Assembly (NCBI GenBank): GCA_951406725.2
Contig: OX597834.1
Coordinates: 37,696,001-37,760,000, forward strand
Length of the DNA: 64,000 nucleotides
Direction: 5' to 3'
Origin: Octopus vulgaris
Lineage: Eukaryota
Shown in pieces: positions 36,500 to 48,693 of this stretch (positions are counted from its first letter, which is position 1; every line of letters begins with the position of its first letter). The notes beneath the pieces were generated by a model, which saw only the letters and a program-made list of their open reading frames with translations, searched no databases and was not told where the DNA came from. The position numbers were made by a program, and so were the translations under genes.

Positions 36500-36850
36500 A
36501 TATTAATTGTAAAGTAAGAAAGTTAGAATACAATGTAAGATATGAAGGAGAGTCATCTGCTATCTCCGCTCACCCACCTGTCGAAAAATTATGTAAAATA
36601 TAAAGTCTGCGGTGTAGATAAAAGCTTAAGTGAATATTTGAGCGTTTTTATTGAAAAGAAATTTACAATGATATTTGGTTAAAATCCTCTAGAGGAACAC
36701 GATGGTTTAATCAACAGTTTTAAAATATCAACACATCCTTATAATACGATGCTACGACAGGCAACTGAAGCAGTTTGCATACATGAGGACGAACCTTGCA
36801 TTAACTGCAAATACGAACATGGTAACACCAATGCACTACACATAAGGAGA
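36500..36850 (+). mobile_element. Penelope-like GIY-YIG endonuclease C-terminal relic
   Basis: RYEGESS.. and MLRQATEAVCIHEDEPCINCKYEHG (compare RxxxEAxxIxxxxPxLN); a hammerhead-like remnant lies downstream at about 37185. Confidence 0.6.
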
Positions 36851-37913
36851 GTATATATCTCACACCATAAATCAGTCACCTTCATGTGAGTGTGCACGTA
36901 TGCACATGTATTTGTGTATACAAATATTTTTTGCCATAACGATTAACTACGACTTGCAAGAATCCAATGTTAACAGACTTTCGCTCGGGGCAGATATTTC
37001 AAACAAAATTTGAAGCAACTTTAATACATGACGTACGACGTCTCCAATAACTTAATGCGCTATGGACAAAATGATAAGAAACGCACGTTTTTCATTAATT
37101 TCTCCCAGACTGTCGTTATTATTTTTTTATTATGAGAAATGTTTTGCTTCGTAAAAAATTTAATTTATCTCAGATTATGTCATGCTGATGATTTCTAAAA
37201 CGAATGAAATAGTGAAACACATGATAAGCACAAACTAAAAATTTTAAGAAGTTCGTAATAACTAAGCAATAAAAAAAATTAAATATTTGAGTTCTATGCA
37301 TCTTCATCTTTATTCCCCAATTTCAAAATGGCTATGTGGTTAAGAAGCTCGCTTTACAACCACGTGGTTTAGGGTTTTCTTTCACTCACTGTGTGGCAGT
37401 TTGGGCAGACTAGTGCCCTATGAGGGAATTTGGCAGAGCGAAACCGTGTGCAAGCACGTCATACGTAATTGTGTGTGTGTGCGTGTTTCTGATCACCTAA
37501 TAGCCGGTGATGGTTTGTTTAGGACCCCGTGACAGAACGGTCTGGCAAAAGAGGCTGACAAAATAAGCACGAGACTTTAAAAAAAAAATAAACAAAAAAA
37601 AACGTAATGGGGCCGATCTGTTCATCTAACAAAATACGCCCCCAAGGCGAAACTGCAACATAAGTGCATTCCAATGACTGAAGCAAGTAAAAGATGAAAG
37701 ACGATATTAAGCGGACATATTTAAAGTTGAAAGTCAATCAAATAAGAAAGAGACAAGAGGAGAAGAAAAAGACAAAACGGTGAAGAAACGACAATTGCTT
37801 GAGGCTTATGGAAGCTCACCAGTAAATGGTTTTTAACAGATGAAATGGATTTGTGTCTGTGACGGAAACGTTGACATTTCATAAATATAACGCAGCATTA
37901 GGAAATAGGTGAA

Positions 37914-38215
37914 GGCGCCTGGCTTAGTGGTTAGGATGTTGCATCCACGATCTTGGGATGGTGAGATCGATTTCTGAGACCGAGCGGTGTGTTGTGTTCT
38001 TGGGCAAAACCCTTCAGTTCACGTTGCTCCAGTCCACTCAGCTGTAAATGGGTACACTCTGCATCGAACTAGTCTTGTGATCAGGGAGAATGTTGGCCTG
38101 TTCGCCTAGTCAGCGGGGTGGCTGTCATTCAAAAGCTAAAACGATGTAAAGCGCATTGTGACCAGCGATGTATAACACCATCTTATAGTCCGATCGATCA
38201 TCTGATCACGCGATT
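37914..38215 (+). mobile_element. SINE family C variant
   Basis: tggcttagtggttagg...gttcttgggcaaaac...cacgttgctccagtccactcagctg. Confidence 0.8.
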
Positions 38216-38364
38216 AGGAAATAAACGGGGAGTGGATTTAAACAGATTTTTATGCTTTAAATGACAGAAATGAGTTTTCGTTGAAGGAACCATATCAGTT
38301 TCGATATACAGTCCTAGATCATTAACTGCCCAAATAAGGAAAGACTCCGAAATGCAAAAACAGA

Positions 38365-38610
38365 CTTTCAGAACGTAAAGACAGACGAAATACCTATTTC
38401 TATTTCTTTATTACCCACAAGGGACTAAACACAGAGAGGACAAACAAGGACAGACAAACGGATTAAGTCGATTATATCGACCCCAGTGCGTAACTGGTAC
38501 TTATTTAATCGACCTCAAAAGGATGAAAGGCAAAGTCGACCTTGGTGGAATTTGAACTCAGAACGTAACGGCAGACGAAATACTGCTAAGCATTTCGTCC
38601 GGCGTACTAA
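38365..38610 (-). mobile_element. SINE family A
   Basis: Reverse complement of the family A body. Confidence 0.88.
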
Positions 38611-38836
38611 CGTTTCTTTTCTACTCTAGGCACAAGGCCCGGAAATCTTTGGGGGTAGCGTGGAGAGGGGAGGCTGATATTCATGGGCGTGTACTGGTCT
38701 TCCATAAACAAACTTGCTCGGACTTGTGCCTCGGAGGGTAACTTTCTAGGTGCAATCCCATGGTCATTCGTGACCGAGGGGGTCTCCATGTATAGTGTGT
38801 GTGTGTGTGTGTGTGTGTGTAATAAAGGAGACACGT

Positions 38837-39217
38837 GTTTGGAAGTCTTTATCGTAGAAAGCAAAGAAAGCACGTATCGATTTAATCGTTTAAGACGACT
38901 TCTTCGAACTGGAATAAAAGAAACGTTGCTAAAAATTAAATTAAACTTTCATAATAACCATTCCTGGAAGTGCACAAGTATCACCTTGTGTTCTAACTCG
39001 TGCTAGCTGGTTGTCCTACTTGCTACCGACATGCATAAATCAAGACAAAAAATACGACACTCGGTGATTTTTATACGAAAAAATAATATGCACTTCCAGG
39101 TCTGATTATTATGAAAGTTTAATTTAATTTCTATCAATTTTTCTTTAATTCCAATACGAAAAAGTCGTCTACAACGAGCGAAATCGATAGATATTTTCTG
39201 TGATAAAGTCTTCAAAC
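38837..39217. repeat. Inverted repeat with arms of about 130 bp and a spacer of about 115 bp
   Basis: aaattaaattaaactttcataataa..cctggaagtgca / tgcacttccagg..ttattatgaaagtttaatttaattt. Confidence 0.85.
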
Positions 39218-39494
39218 GCTGTCATTTTACCACATATTTTTGCAACATGTATCTACTCGTGTGTATCCGCTTAACAGTTTAAATGCGTACGCATACACTA
39301 GTATTTGATAATAGCTTTATTCATTTCGTCACACGAACACGTGCAAGTTTAGGTGACCGAAACCTGAGGAGCGAGGTTCGTATGACGTGCTTACGAAGGT
39401 TTAGGTCGTATCGCGCTGAATCAGATTTATTAAATACTAATTGGTGTACTCCTGTCAAATGTGCTGAGTAACTCTTTCTTTCATTTACTGTTTT

Positions 39495-39888
39495 ACTCTT
39501 TTACTTGTTTTCAGTCATTTGACTGCGGCTATGCTGGAGCACCGCCTTTAATCGAGCAACTCGACCCCAGGACTTATTCTTTTGTAAGCCCAGTACTTAT
39601 TCTATCGGTCTCTTTTGCCGAACCGCTAAGTAACGGGGGCATAAACACACCAGCATCGGTTGTCAAGCAATGCTAGGGGGACAAACACAGACACATACAC
39701 GCATATATATATATATACATATATACGACGGGCTTCTTTCAGTTTCCGTCTACCAAATCCACTCACAAGGCTTTGGTCGGCCCGAGGCTATAGTAGAAGA
39801 CACTTGCCCAAGGTGCCACGCAGTGGGACTGAACCCGGAAGCATGTGGCTGGTAAACAAGCTACTTCCCACACAGCCACTCCTGCGCC

Positions 39889-39890
<2 letters not shown>
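39495..39890 (-). mobile_element. SINE family B, full length
   Basis: Reverse complement of 34700-35125. Confidence 0.92.
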
Positions 39891-39934
<44 letters not shown>

Positions 39935-40077
39935 CGTGAGTGAAACAAGAGATTTACGAGATAAAAACAAGACTTATAAATACTAGGATCGATATGACTA
40001 ACTTAAAACCCTTCAGGGCTACGTTTCAGCATAGCTGTAATCAAATGAATAATGTAGATATACATACATGCATATAT

Positions 40078-40191
40078 AAAGTTAGATAAGGCCGGTTTAC
40101 GTCCATAAAGCGCTTAGCTTTACAGCGTATCTTCAGCGCTTTATGGACGTGAAACCCAGGGTAATCCTATAAACAGGCCTTATCTAACTTT
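40078..40191. repeat. Nested double hairpin inside a TA-flanked repeat
   Basis: Outer aaagttagataaggcc/ggccttatctaacttt; inner acgtccataaagcgct/agcgctttatggacgt. Confidence 0.85.
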
Positions 40192-40436
40192 GTTTATTTT
40201 ATATACTGCTCTATAACTTAAGAGTGTGCTTCTCTTTCAGATTTATGTTTGACCAATGAAACATATATATATATGTATATATATATATTTGTATGTGCAA
40301 ATATTGACTCGTCGAAAAATATGCAGTTCGACTAAGAGAATATATAGTGCTTGGAAACAGTTGTGGAACCAGTTAAAATAAATATAGGTTAAGGGTTGGT
40401 ATTTCAATAGCTTCTTCCTTTTAAGTTACAAAATTG

Positions 40437-40533
<97 letters not shown>

Positions 40534-41614
40534 TGAGAGAAAAGAAAGTAAGGTTAGTGGTAGAAAGGAGGGAGGGAGAAAGAGAGAAAGAAATTAGCAT
40601 CAAACAGTAGAGGTGTAATGATGTGAGTATAGAGAATTACTATAACGAACATCCTTTTTTTTGTCTTTAGCGCTGTTGGAAGTAGTTCACACGATTAAAA
40701 TTGGGGGTAAAAAGGATAAAAGAATAAAACGTAAAAGTCTGGATGTATGCAACGAATATGTGTGAATAATGGTGACTAAAAACATATTACCAGAGGTAAT
40801 GCGGCTAAATGTAAAATGTAAAATATCTTACCTTCGACGACTCTGCATAGCTGAAGAAAAATAAAACTGGTGATGTATGAAAAGATTCCTTGGAAAATAT
40901 TGCTTACGTTTACAAAAGGCTGCATTAGATTTAGTAAGTAAATAGCGGAATGGTGCAGCAATGAAATATAATAGCAGTTAAATTTAAAAAAACCAAAGAA
41001 AATTAGCATCATTAGTAAAAGTAACAATTAAAGAGGTGAAGGATTACACACAATATATGTGTATATATGCATATACACATGCGTGGAGAAAAAGTATATT
41101 TATTTATGAGAAAGTTTCTCTCTCAGGAGAAACATTGCTAACATACTGCAGTTCTTTAAGGAAAAGTTGCACAATTAAGAAAAACAGATGCACAGTTCAG
41201 GAAACAGATGCACAGTTAAGAAAACAGATGTGCAATTAAGACTCTTTAAATGTCAAACTGTTGCACTAAAGGTTTCCGAGGTGACACAAATTCCATTTGT
41301 TTTGTGTTCTTTGTAATCCAATCTTCAATGGGAAAAATTCGGAATAAAACTTCCGAGGATCTTCCAGGAGCATATATGGAAATACAGCGATCAACCTCTC
41401 CCCAGAAGTACAATTAAAACAGTGATGAGCCTGGTAATGGTAGTATTGTGAAGTTTTTATCAAGTAGTGATAACGGGGTGATAGCACTGTTACCGGTATC
41501 AGTGTTATAGCATCTTGGTGGTTATGTAAACGGCGGTGATGATGTTGTTAGTAGTGGTAGAGGTGTGATGCAGCGGTACTGCTGATGGTGGTGTGGTGGC
41601 GATATTGTGGCTGT

Positions 41615-41982
41615 TGTTTCGTCTGCCGCTACGTTCTGAGTTCAAATTCCGCCGAGGTCGACTTTGCCTTTCATCCTTTCGGGGTCGATTAAATAAGTAC
41701 CAGTTACGCACTGGGGTCGAGATAATCGACTTAATCCGGTTGTCTGTCCTTGTTTGTCCTCTCTGTGTTTAGCCCCTTGTGGGTAGTAAAGAAATAGGTA
41801 TTTCGTCTGTCGCTACGTTCTGAGTACAAATTCCGCCGAGGTCGACTTTGCCTTTCATCCTTTCGGGATCGATAAATTAAGTACCAGTTACGCACTGGGG
41901 TCGAGATAATCGACTTAATCCGGTTGTCTGTCCTTGTTTGTTACCTCTGTGTTTATCCCCTTGTGGGTAATAGAGAAATAGT
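41615..41982 (+). mobile_element. SINE family A, 5'-truncated, two body units
   Basis: Two tandem bodies of about 185 bp. Confidence 0.88.
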
Positions 41983-42055
41983 TATTGTAGCTGTTGTATA
42001 ATGTAGTAAAGATGATGTTAGTTGTGGTAATGGTGGTGAGGCATAATACGGTGTT

Positions 42056-43597
42056 GGTTTTTTTTTTATTACCTATAAAAGACGTACATAAGTATTAACG
42101 TTTAACGTTTCAAAAGGACGGCACAAAAAACGTGGGGACATATAACAATTAAAATAAAATTATGATAACATGAATGAAAATGAAAGGATATCTGAAACTG
42201 TGCTACCTACCCCCTCCTCGGCAGTATCATTTACTTCCTCTTTATATCCAGTTCATGTTTATACCTTGTTGTTCCTCTAACTCTCCGTTTTCTATTTCTT
42301 TATATCGCAAACCGCTTTTCTATATCTAAAACCATTTTTTGTATTCCATCACCTTTCTCATGCGACCTTCCGGTACCAATGCGCATGAGCCCATATCATT
42401 TTTTTTTTTTACTTCATTTCCTGTTTACAGTCCTTACCACCTTCCACTCTGATAACTTCTCTATCAGTCTCCTATCCACACCTTTACAGAAAACACAAGC
42501 ATAACACCTGGGAGGGGGGAGCCTTGTGATTTTTGTATGTTTGTAATTTCTTTTTTTTTTTTCGTTTTTGTGTCGGTGGGGAATGGGTGGGTTTGGTGTC
42601 TGCAGTGGGAGGGTGGGGATGAGAGGGCGTGGGTGAGGTGGGGTACGGGTTGGAATCCACTTTGTCCTTCTTACTCTTCCTCTGTTCTTTCCTTCCAGCG
42701 ACTCTCCATCCTTCTTCGTCAGTTTCCTCCTCTTCCACCATTTCCTTCTCCTGTGCATGTTGGTTTTTTGAGAGCAGTCCACTCTAATGTGGCCCTTTTG
42801 CCCACATTTGTAGCAGCGAGGGGTTCTGTCCTCTACCCCCACCTTCATCATTGTATCACCTACTGACACCGTTTCTGCCAGTTTCTCCATATTTTCTACT
42901 GAAATTTGGATCAACATTTCCAGAACTTTCCTCGCCCATTCCTTACTTCTGTTTCTGTGGCTTGGAGAACGGCCACTTCCTCCTCACTTCCAAGAAGTAC
43001 TGCCGCCACTACCCAAGCCACATCTATTTCAGGGAGGATTCCGTCTACCCTTACCCTGGAAGTTCTTCTTCCAAGGTATGCGGGTAGGAGGATCACCCTT
43101 TCCGTCTTCTTATGATATATCTTGCCAGATTTGCCTCAATGACTTCTCTATTTCCTCCGTAGCCTCATTTCAACTCTTCTCTCTTTGATTGAATACACTT
43201 TATAAACAATTCTGCTTTCTTCCATGTTTTTAAGTACCTCATTTGGTGGTGACAATTTCACATAAACCACCCTCCTTCTCCATCATAATTCCAAAATCCT
43301 TCAGGTTTTTCAGGCTCACTTCCTTCTTAGAGACACCTGCCACTTCTGCAAAACTTTTCCCCTTTAAAGACTTTTCTATTTTGTTAATAGCTCTGACCAG
43401 TTACTTCCTCAAACAATAAAAATTCTGTCACCGACATCTCCGTTTCAGTCAGGTCCGAATAGAAAACATGTTCAAACTCAGCCATCTCCCCTCAAAACGC
43501 TGAGGGACAGCACAATCACAAAACAATACAAACCCCTTTCAATAAACAATAGCAAACACTTACTGGAAATTACAGTTGTCCAAAGCGAACGTTTTGT
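42056..43597 (-). mobile_element. Non-LTR retroelement encoding only a decayed ORF1 (gag-like CCHC knuckle), bounded by a TSD
   Basis: ATG at 43485 (MAEFEH..KSFAEVA..), RRTSRVRVDGILPEIDVAWVVAAV, RCYKCGQKGHIRVDC; A-rich tail at about 42058-42070; direct repeats tgaggcataatacggtgtt (42037-42055) and tgaggcgtgatacggtgtt (43598-43616), 17/19 identical. Confidence 0.8.
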
Positions 43598-43667
43598 TGA
43601 GGCGTGATACGGTGTTCAGGGTTTAAAGCGTTCAGAGTAGTTAACGGCTGCAGACTTGCATCAAAAT

Positions 43668-44176
43668 CGATGGATGGATAGATAGATATATGGATGGATG
43701 GATGGATGGACATGCAGATGTATGGATGGATAGATGGATAGAAAGATAGATAGATGGATAGACAGATAGTTAGATGGATAGACAGATAGACAGACAGACG
43801 GATAGATAGATAGACAGATAGACAGACAGATATATTGATGGATAGATGGATAGATATATGGATGGATGGATGGATGGGTGGATGGACATTCAGATGTATG
43901 GATGGACAGATAGATAGATGGATAGACAGATAGTTAGATGGATAGACAGATAGACAGACAGACAGACGGATAGCTAGATAGATAGACAGACGGATAGACA
44001 GATAGACAGACAGATATATGGATGGATAGATATATGGATGGATAGATGGATAGATATATGGATGGATAGACGGATAGATAGCTGGATGGACAGACAGATA
44101 TATGGATGGACAGATAGGTGGATAGACAGATAGATGGATAGATAGATAGAGAGACAGACGGATAGATAGCTAGATG
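43668..44176. repeat. (GATA)/(GGAT)/(GACA) tetranucleotide satellite
   Basis: Direct inspection. Confidence 0.95.
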
Positions 44177-44333
44177 AGTGTGACTAAACACCTACACAAT
44201 TATCCAGATAATTCCATATGTCTGGAAATTTATATCTCAGGATCTGAGATATGATTGAATCTATGTTTCTGTGAAGTGATTAATTTTCCATTCTTTTCTC
44301 CCTATATATATATATAAACATCTATCTGATAAG

Positions 44334-44376
<43 letters not shown>

Positions 44377-45163
44377 ATGTGTGTGTGTGTGTGTGCATAT
44401 ATTTGAATTTATATATCTGTGCGAGTGTATGCATACGTGTGTGTGTGGTGCCCACGCGCGTATTTGTATATTTGTATGTGGGTGCAGCATGGCCGAATGG
44501 TTAAGAGCTTCGTTAGCTAGTCACAGGGTTCCAAGTTCGATCCCATTATGTTGTATATTGGGCAAGCGTGTTTACCATATGCGCGGGTCTACCTCGAACC
44601 TCGTGAGTGAAATTGAGTCGAATGGGTCGTGCTTGCTAATTGAAAAGCTACAACCGCGTCACTGTGATCCTGATTCTGCATTGTGGAATACTCAGTCAAT
44701 TACACTTTAATTCAAGTAGCAGGTAGTTTGGTTGATCAAAAAATTCATGGTCAAAATCGATACCGATCCACTTGCTGTCTGTGGATTTCTCTCATGGTCA
44801 AAATCGATACCGATCCACTTGCTGTCTGTGGATTTCTCAGCCACTTGCACGCTAAATAAGGCTGTCCGATCGATTGAATCAACTGGATCTCACGTCGTCG
44901 CTACCGACGGAGAGCCAGGCCATTCCCATAACAAAAGCAAGAATACACTGTACTTCCTGACATACAGAGGCCTATATTTCGTAAGGCTAAATCTTAGGCT
45001 GGTTGTAAAATGGAGAATGCGTAAATCTCTCGATACCTGTGCTTAAGCCTCTTTCGAAACAAACTCCAGCTTGTTCCACGATGTGGTGATGCTCGATAAC
45101 TGAGGAACCTGCATGTGGGTCTCCATGTGGAATGTAAGTCTCGCTTTAGTACACATCAACAGA

Positions 45164-45591
45164 GCACACCAGCTAGGGGGCACACCAGCTAAGGTGCACA
45201 CCAGCTATGGTGCACACCAGCTAAGGTGCACACCAGTTAAGGGGCACACCAGCTAAGGGGCACACCAGCTAAGGGCCACACCAGCTAAGGTGCACACCAG
45301 CTAAGGTGCACACCAGCTAAGGAGCACACCAGCTAAGGGGGCACACCAGCTAGGGGGCACACCAGCTAAGGTGCACACCAGCTAAGGTGCACACCAGCTA
45401 AGGTGCACACCAGCTAAGGAGCACACCAGCTAAGGAGCACACCAGCTAAGGGGCACACCAGCTAAGGAGCACACCAGCTAGGGGGCCAGCTAAGGGGCAC
45501 ACCAGCTAAGGTGCACACCAGCTAAGGTGCACACCAGCTAAGGAGCACACCAGCTAAGGAGCACACCAGCTAAGGGGCACACCAGCTAAGG
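45164..45591. repeat. 16-bp minisatellite, about 27 copies (gcacaccagctaaggN)
   Basis: Near-perfect tandem units that vary mainly at the last base (t/a/g). Confidence 0.97.
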
Positions 45592-46345
45592 GTCCCGTTA
45601 CCTGGAGATCGATTAAGGCTAAAGAAGGCAAATCCTGGCAGAAATATTGGAGAGAAGCTTCGCAAAAGGATTTGTCTATTTGCCCGTCTGTCTGGAAACT
45701 CCTGCAACTAAAACTAGTATTCGACCAACTGCTTTTGCTTTCTTCTGGACTACAGCGGGGCGGGGGGGGGGGGTTGTAGAGAAGGGAATTAAAGAAAAGC
45801 CAGGGTCAGTATAGAACTGATCAGGCTCTTTTTCCATTTCAGTTACCACACTCTCCTTTTTCTCACCGTGAAAAGGAGATTCCATTTTTGTGAAACCAAG
45901 GCAAACACGAAAAGCAACACTTACGGACAATAAATCTTGTTTAAATTCTCATAAAGAGAGAAAACAACGAGTTGCTCCTGTCGGAGCGGGGTAGGGAGAA
46001 CCATAGCCGTACCAATAATCAGATGCCACCTCTTCATGATGGGTATTCTTCACCCAGTAAGGTGCTTATCCGCTAACACTTGGCTGCGCTTAACAATGGA
46101 AATTTAAAAGAATACACCAAACAATACATGAAACAAGTCTTTAAAAAAGCTATCTCTATTTCAAATAGAAAGCTGGAATGTTAGAAATTTGACGTCACCA
46201 TTAATCGATCATCTAAACTTCACGTTTTTTTAGATATCGTTAAAGATATTCTAAAGAGCTTAGAACCATCACTGATTTGTTACGACGTTTTGTATATGAA
46301 TGTGTCTATGAAAACAGTGCGATCGAAGATGGAAAAAGGAGGTGA

Positions 46346-46392
46346 TGGGTGTATATGTATATTTCAGGAACACTTGCCCCTTCTTCAGCCCA
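46346..46392 (-). ncRNA. Hammerhead-like motif with intact core
   Basis: UGGG CUGAAGA AGGGGC-AAGU-GUUCCU GAAA UAUACAUA UA CACCCA; a homologous repeat at about 7840-7958 reads CUGACGA AGGAG-CAAAAA-CUCCU GAAA. Confidence 0.55.
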
Positions 46393-46404
46393 CGAACACA
46401 TTCC

Positions 46405-46615
46405 TTTACTCTTTTACTTGCTTCAGTCATTTGACTACGGCCATGCTGGAGCACCACATTTAGTCGAGCAAATCGACCTCAAGATTTATTCTTTGTAAGC
46501 CTAGTACTTATTCTATCGGACTCTTTTGCCGAACCGCTAAGTTACGGGGACGTAAACACACCAGCATCGGTTGTCAAGCGATGTTAGGGGGACACACACA
46601 AACATATACACACAC

Positions 46616-46667
<52 letters not shown>

Positions 46668-46812
46668 GACGGGCTTCTTTCAGTTTCCGTCTACCAAATC
46701 CACTCGAGGCTACAGTAGGAGACTCTTGCCGAATGTGCCACGCAGTGGTACTGAACCCGGAACCATGTGATTCGTAAGCAAGGTACTTACCACACAGCAG
46801 CTCCTACGCCTA
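46405..46812 (-). mobile_element. SINE family B
   Basis: Reverse complement of family B with internal (TA)n. Confidence 0.9.
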
Positions 46813-46829
46813 TACTTAAATAACAACCA

Positions 46830-48190
46830 AATATAGCGTGGTAAGAATTGGATCTACCCGCTACTAAACGACACGATCACAGACACCGAACAGCTGTTGC
46901 CTCTTTTAGAGACAACACTTGCTAATGAGGGATTATTAGAGCAATCATACGTTTTCTTCTGGAAAGGAAAAGAGCAAGTTCATAGACAATAACATGGCGT
47001 TGTATCTCTTGTTGATGATGGAATCACCTGAGACTGAACGAGTGGTAGGAATTCGTTCCAATTTCAAGTGGAGAAAGTTTGTGGTTCAAATGTAGAATAG
47101 GAAGCAGCTGGTTATGTGTTCTTGAAATTATTTGTTTATGTGGAGCTAAAGTTTGTGACCTTAAATGTCTCCCATTTGACTCTAGCATAGAAGCGGAAAA
47201 CCTGTAAGTTCAATGAACTCATCAAACAACTCCCGCAATCACAAAATCTGTAAATGTACCGTGATTTAAATACCAGAATTTCTCATGTTGTGCTGTCTGT
47301 CCTACATGTAGGATTACATCAGTGACATCAATTGAATTTTATCATTTGTCAGAAGGCAGCGAGCTGGCAAAATCGTTAGCACGCCGTACAAAGTTCGAAG
47401 CGGCATTTCGCCCGTCTATACATTCAGAGTTCAAATTCCGCCGAAGTTGACTTTATCCTGTCGGGTGTCGATAAAATTGTACCAGTTGAGTACAGGGGTC
47501 AATGTAATCGACGAACTCCTCTCCCAGAATTTTAGGCCCTGTGCATATAGTAGAAAGGATTATAGCCTGAAGAACCCGTCACCAGATTGTTTGCAATGCA
47601 CAGAGCAAACATCACAGCGCAGTTTGAGAGATTACTTTCTCATTAACAGCAAAGGAATATTCTCCTCTTGCAAAGCCGAGGAATCTCCCTGGGTTTAACA
47701 TTACTCACTCAAATACCGCAGAGAAAACCATGTGCTCTTTTACCGTCAACGATATTACCCCCAGCTGACGCTTGTGCACTTGCAGAAATCGAACGCTTGC
47801 ATTCTAGTTCTGCCGTTCACAGAGCTGACATCGCAGTCTTGGAGAAGGAAACGAGAGAATTATGTCGACTAATGAAGCCAGGTTTTAAACTATGCAACTT
47901 GCAAAATAAGGAAGCTCTCGTTAAATGGAATAAAAATTCAACTCAAGAAAACAAATTCACTAACAAAAAAAAGGAAAAAATAAGGAAAGAAAATTCAAAA
48001 GTAATTGAAAATAATTATTGTCAATTGATAGTTAGAAAGTGTGTTAACAACAATTCATTTCAGTTAAGGTCTTCTATAGAACACGAGTCTTCCACTGGCA
48101 ATATTAGGAGCTTGTGTGGAGATCAATGTGTGAATCGGTAACGGAACTACTGTGATGATTAAACTTGCAAATAACTCTTGGAGAACCAAA
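46830..48190 (+). mobile_element. Decayed RTE LINE (AP-endonuclease and linker), interrupted by a family A SINE at 47354-47560
   Basis: ETTLANEGLLEQSYVFFWKGK..HGV (RTE endonuclease); AVHRADIAV..; SSIEHESSTGNIRSL (compare IQxAAxTGNIRxMY). Confidence 0.75.
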
Positions 48191-48649
48191 ACACTGAACA
48201 CATTCTCTTTCTCTCTCTCTCTCTCCTAAACACACTGTTATATACAAATACACCCATGCACTTCTACAGAGATAAATTCAATCAGGTATATTCATGTACA
48301 CACACACATAAGAGATTAGTACATACATAGCAAGGTGGTAGTTACGTAACCTCCAGCAAATCATGAGCTTCACGTCACCGATCGTCAGACAAATTTTGAG
48401 AACCCTTCGTAGTATATATCGAAGAATCAGAAACGTGAGATTAGGAGTTAACGAAAGGTGAAGAAGAGCCACCTTTACTAAATATACTTTATCATCAGCA
48501 GTGAATACACTTCAACGACGACATATTTTTTTTCTCATTTACACTTAAATTTTGTATACTCACACTAAGATAGATAGATAGATAGATGACTCGATACAGA
48601 AAAGCTGATTTGATGCTGTAACGATGTTGAGAAAGAAAAGGAGAAAGTG

Positions 48650-48693
<44 letters not shown>

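Noticed and set aside
40700-41480. Possible hAT transposase remnants
   Set aside because: The motif resemblance is too weak to support by eye.
44746-44838. 46-bp perfect tandem duplication (also a short duplication at about 58935-59027)
   Set aside because: An ordinary local slippage duplication with no further structure.
45164-45591. CRISPR-like regular array
   Set aside because: The units are contiguous with no unique spacers, there are no cas genes, and the context is eukaryotic.
47668-48141. 157-aa ORF with a coiled-coil appearance and an upstream AG acceptor
   Set aside because: It continues the RTE endonuclease relic from 46830 and matches RTE linker motifs (TGNIR), so it is not a host exon.
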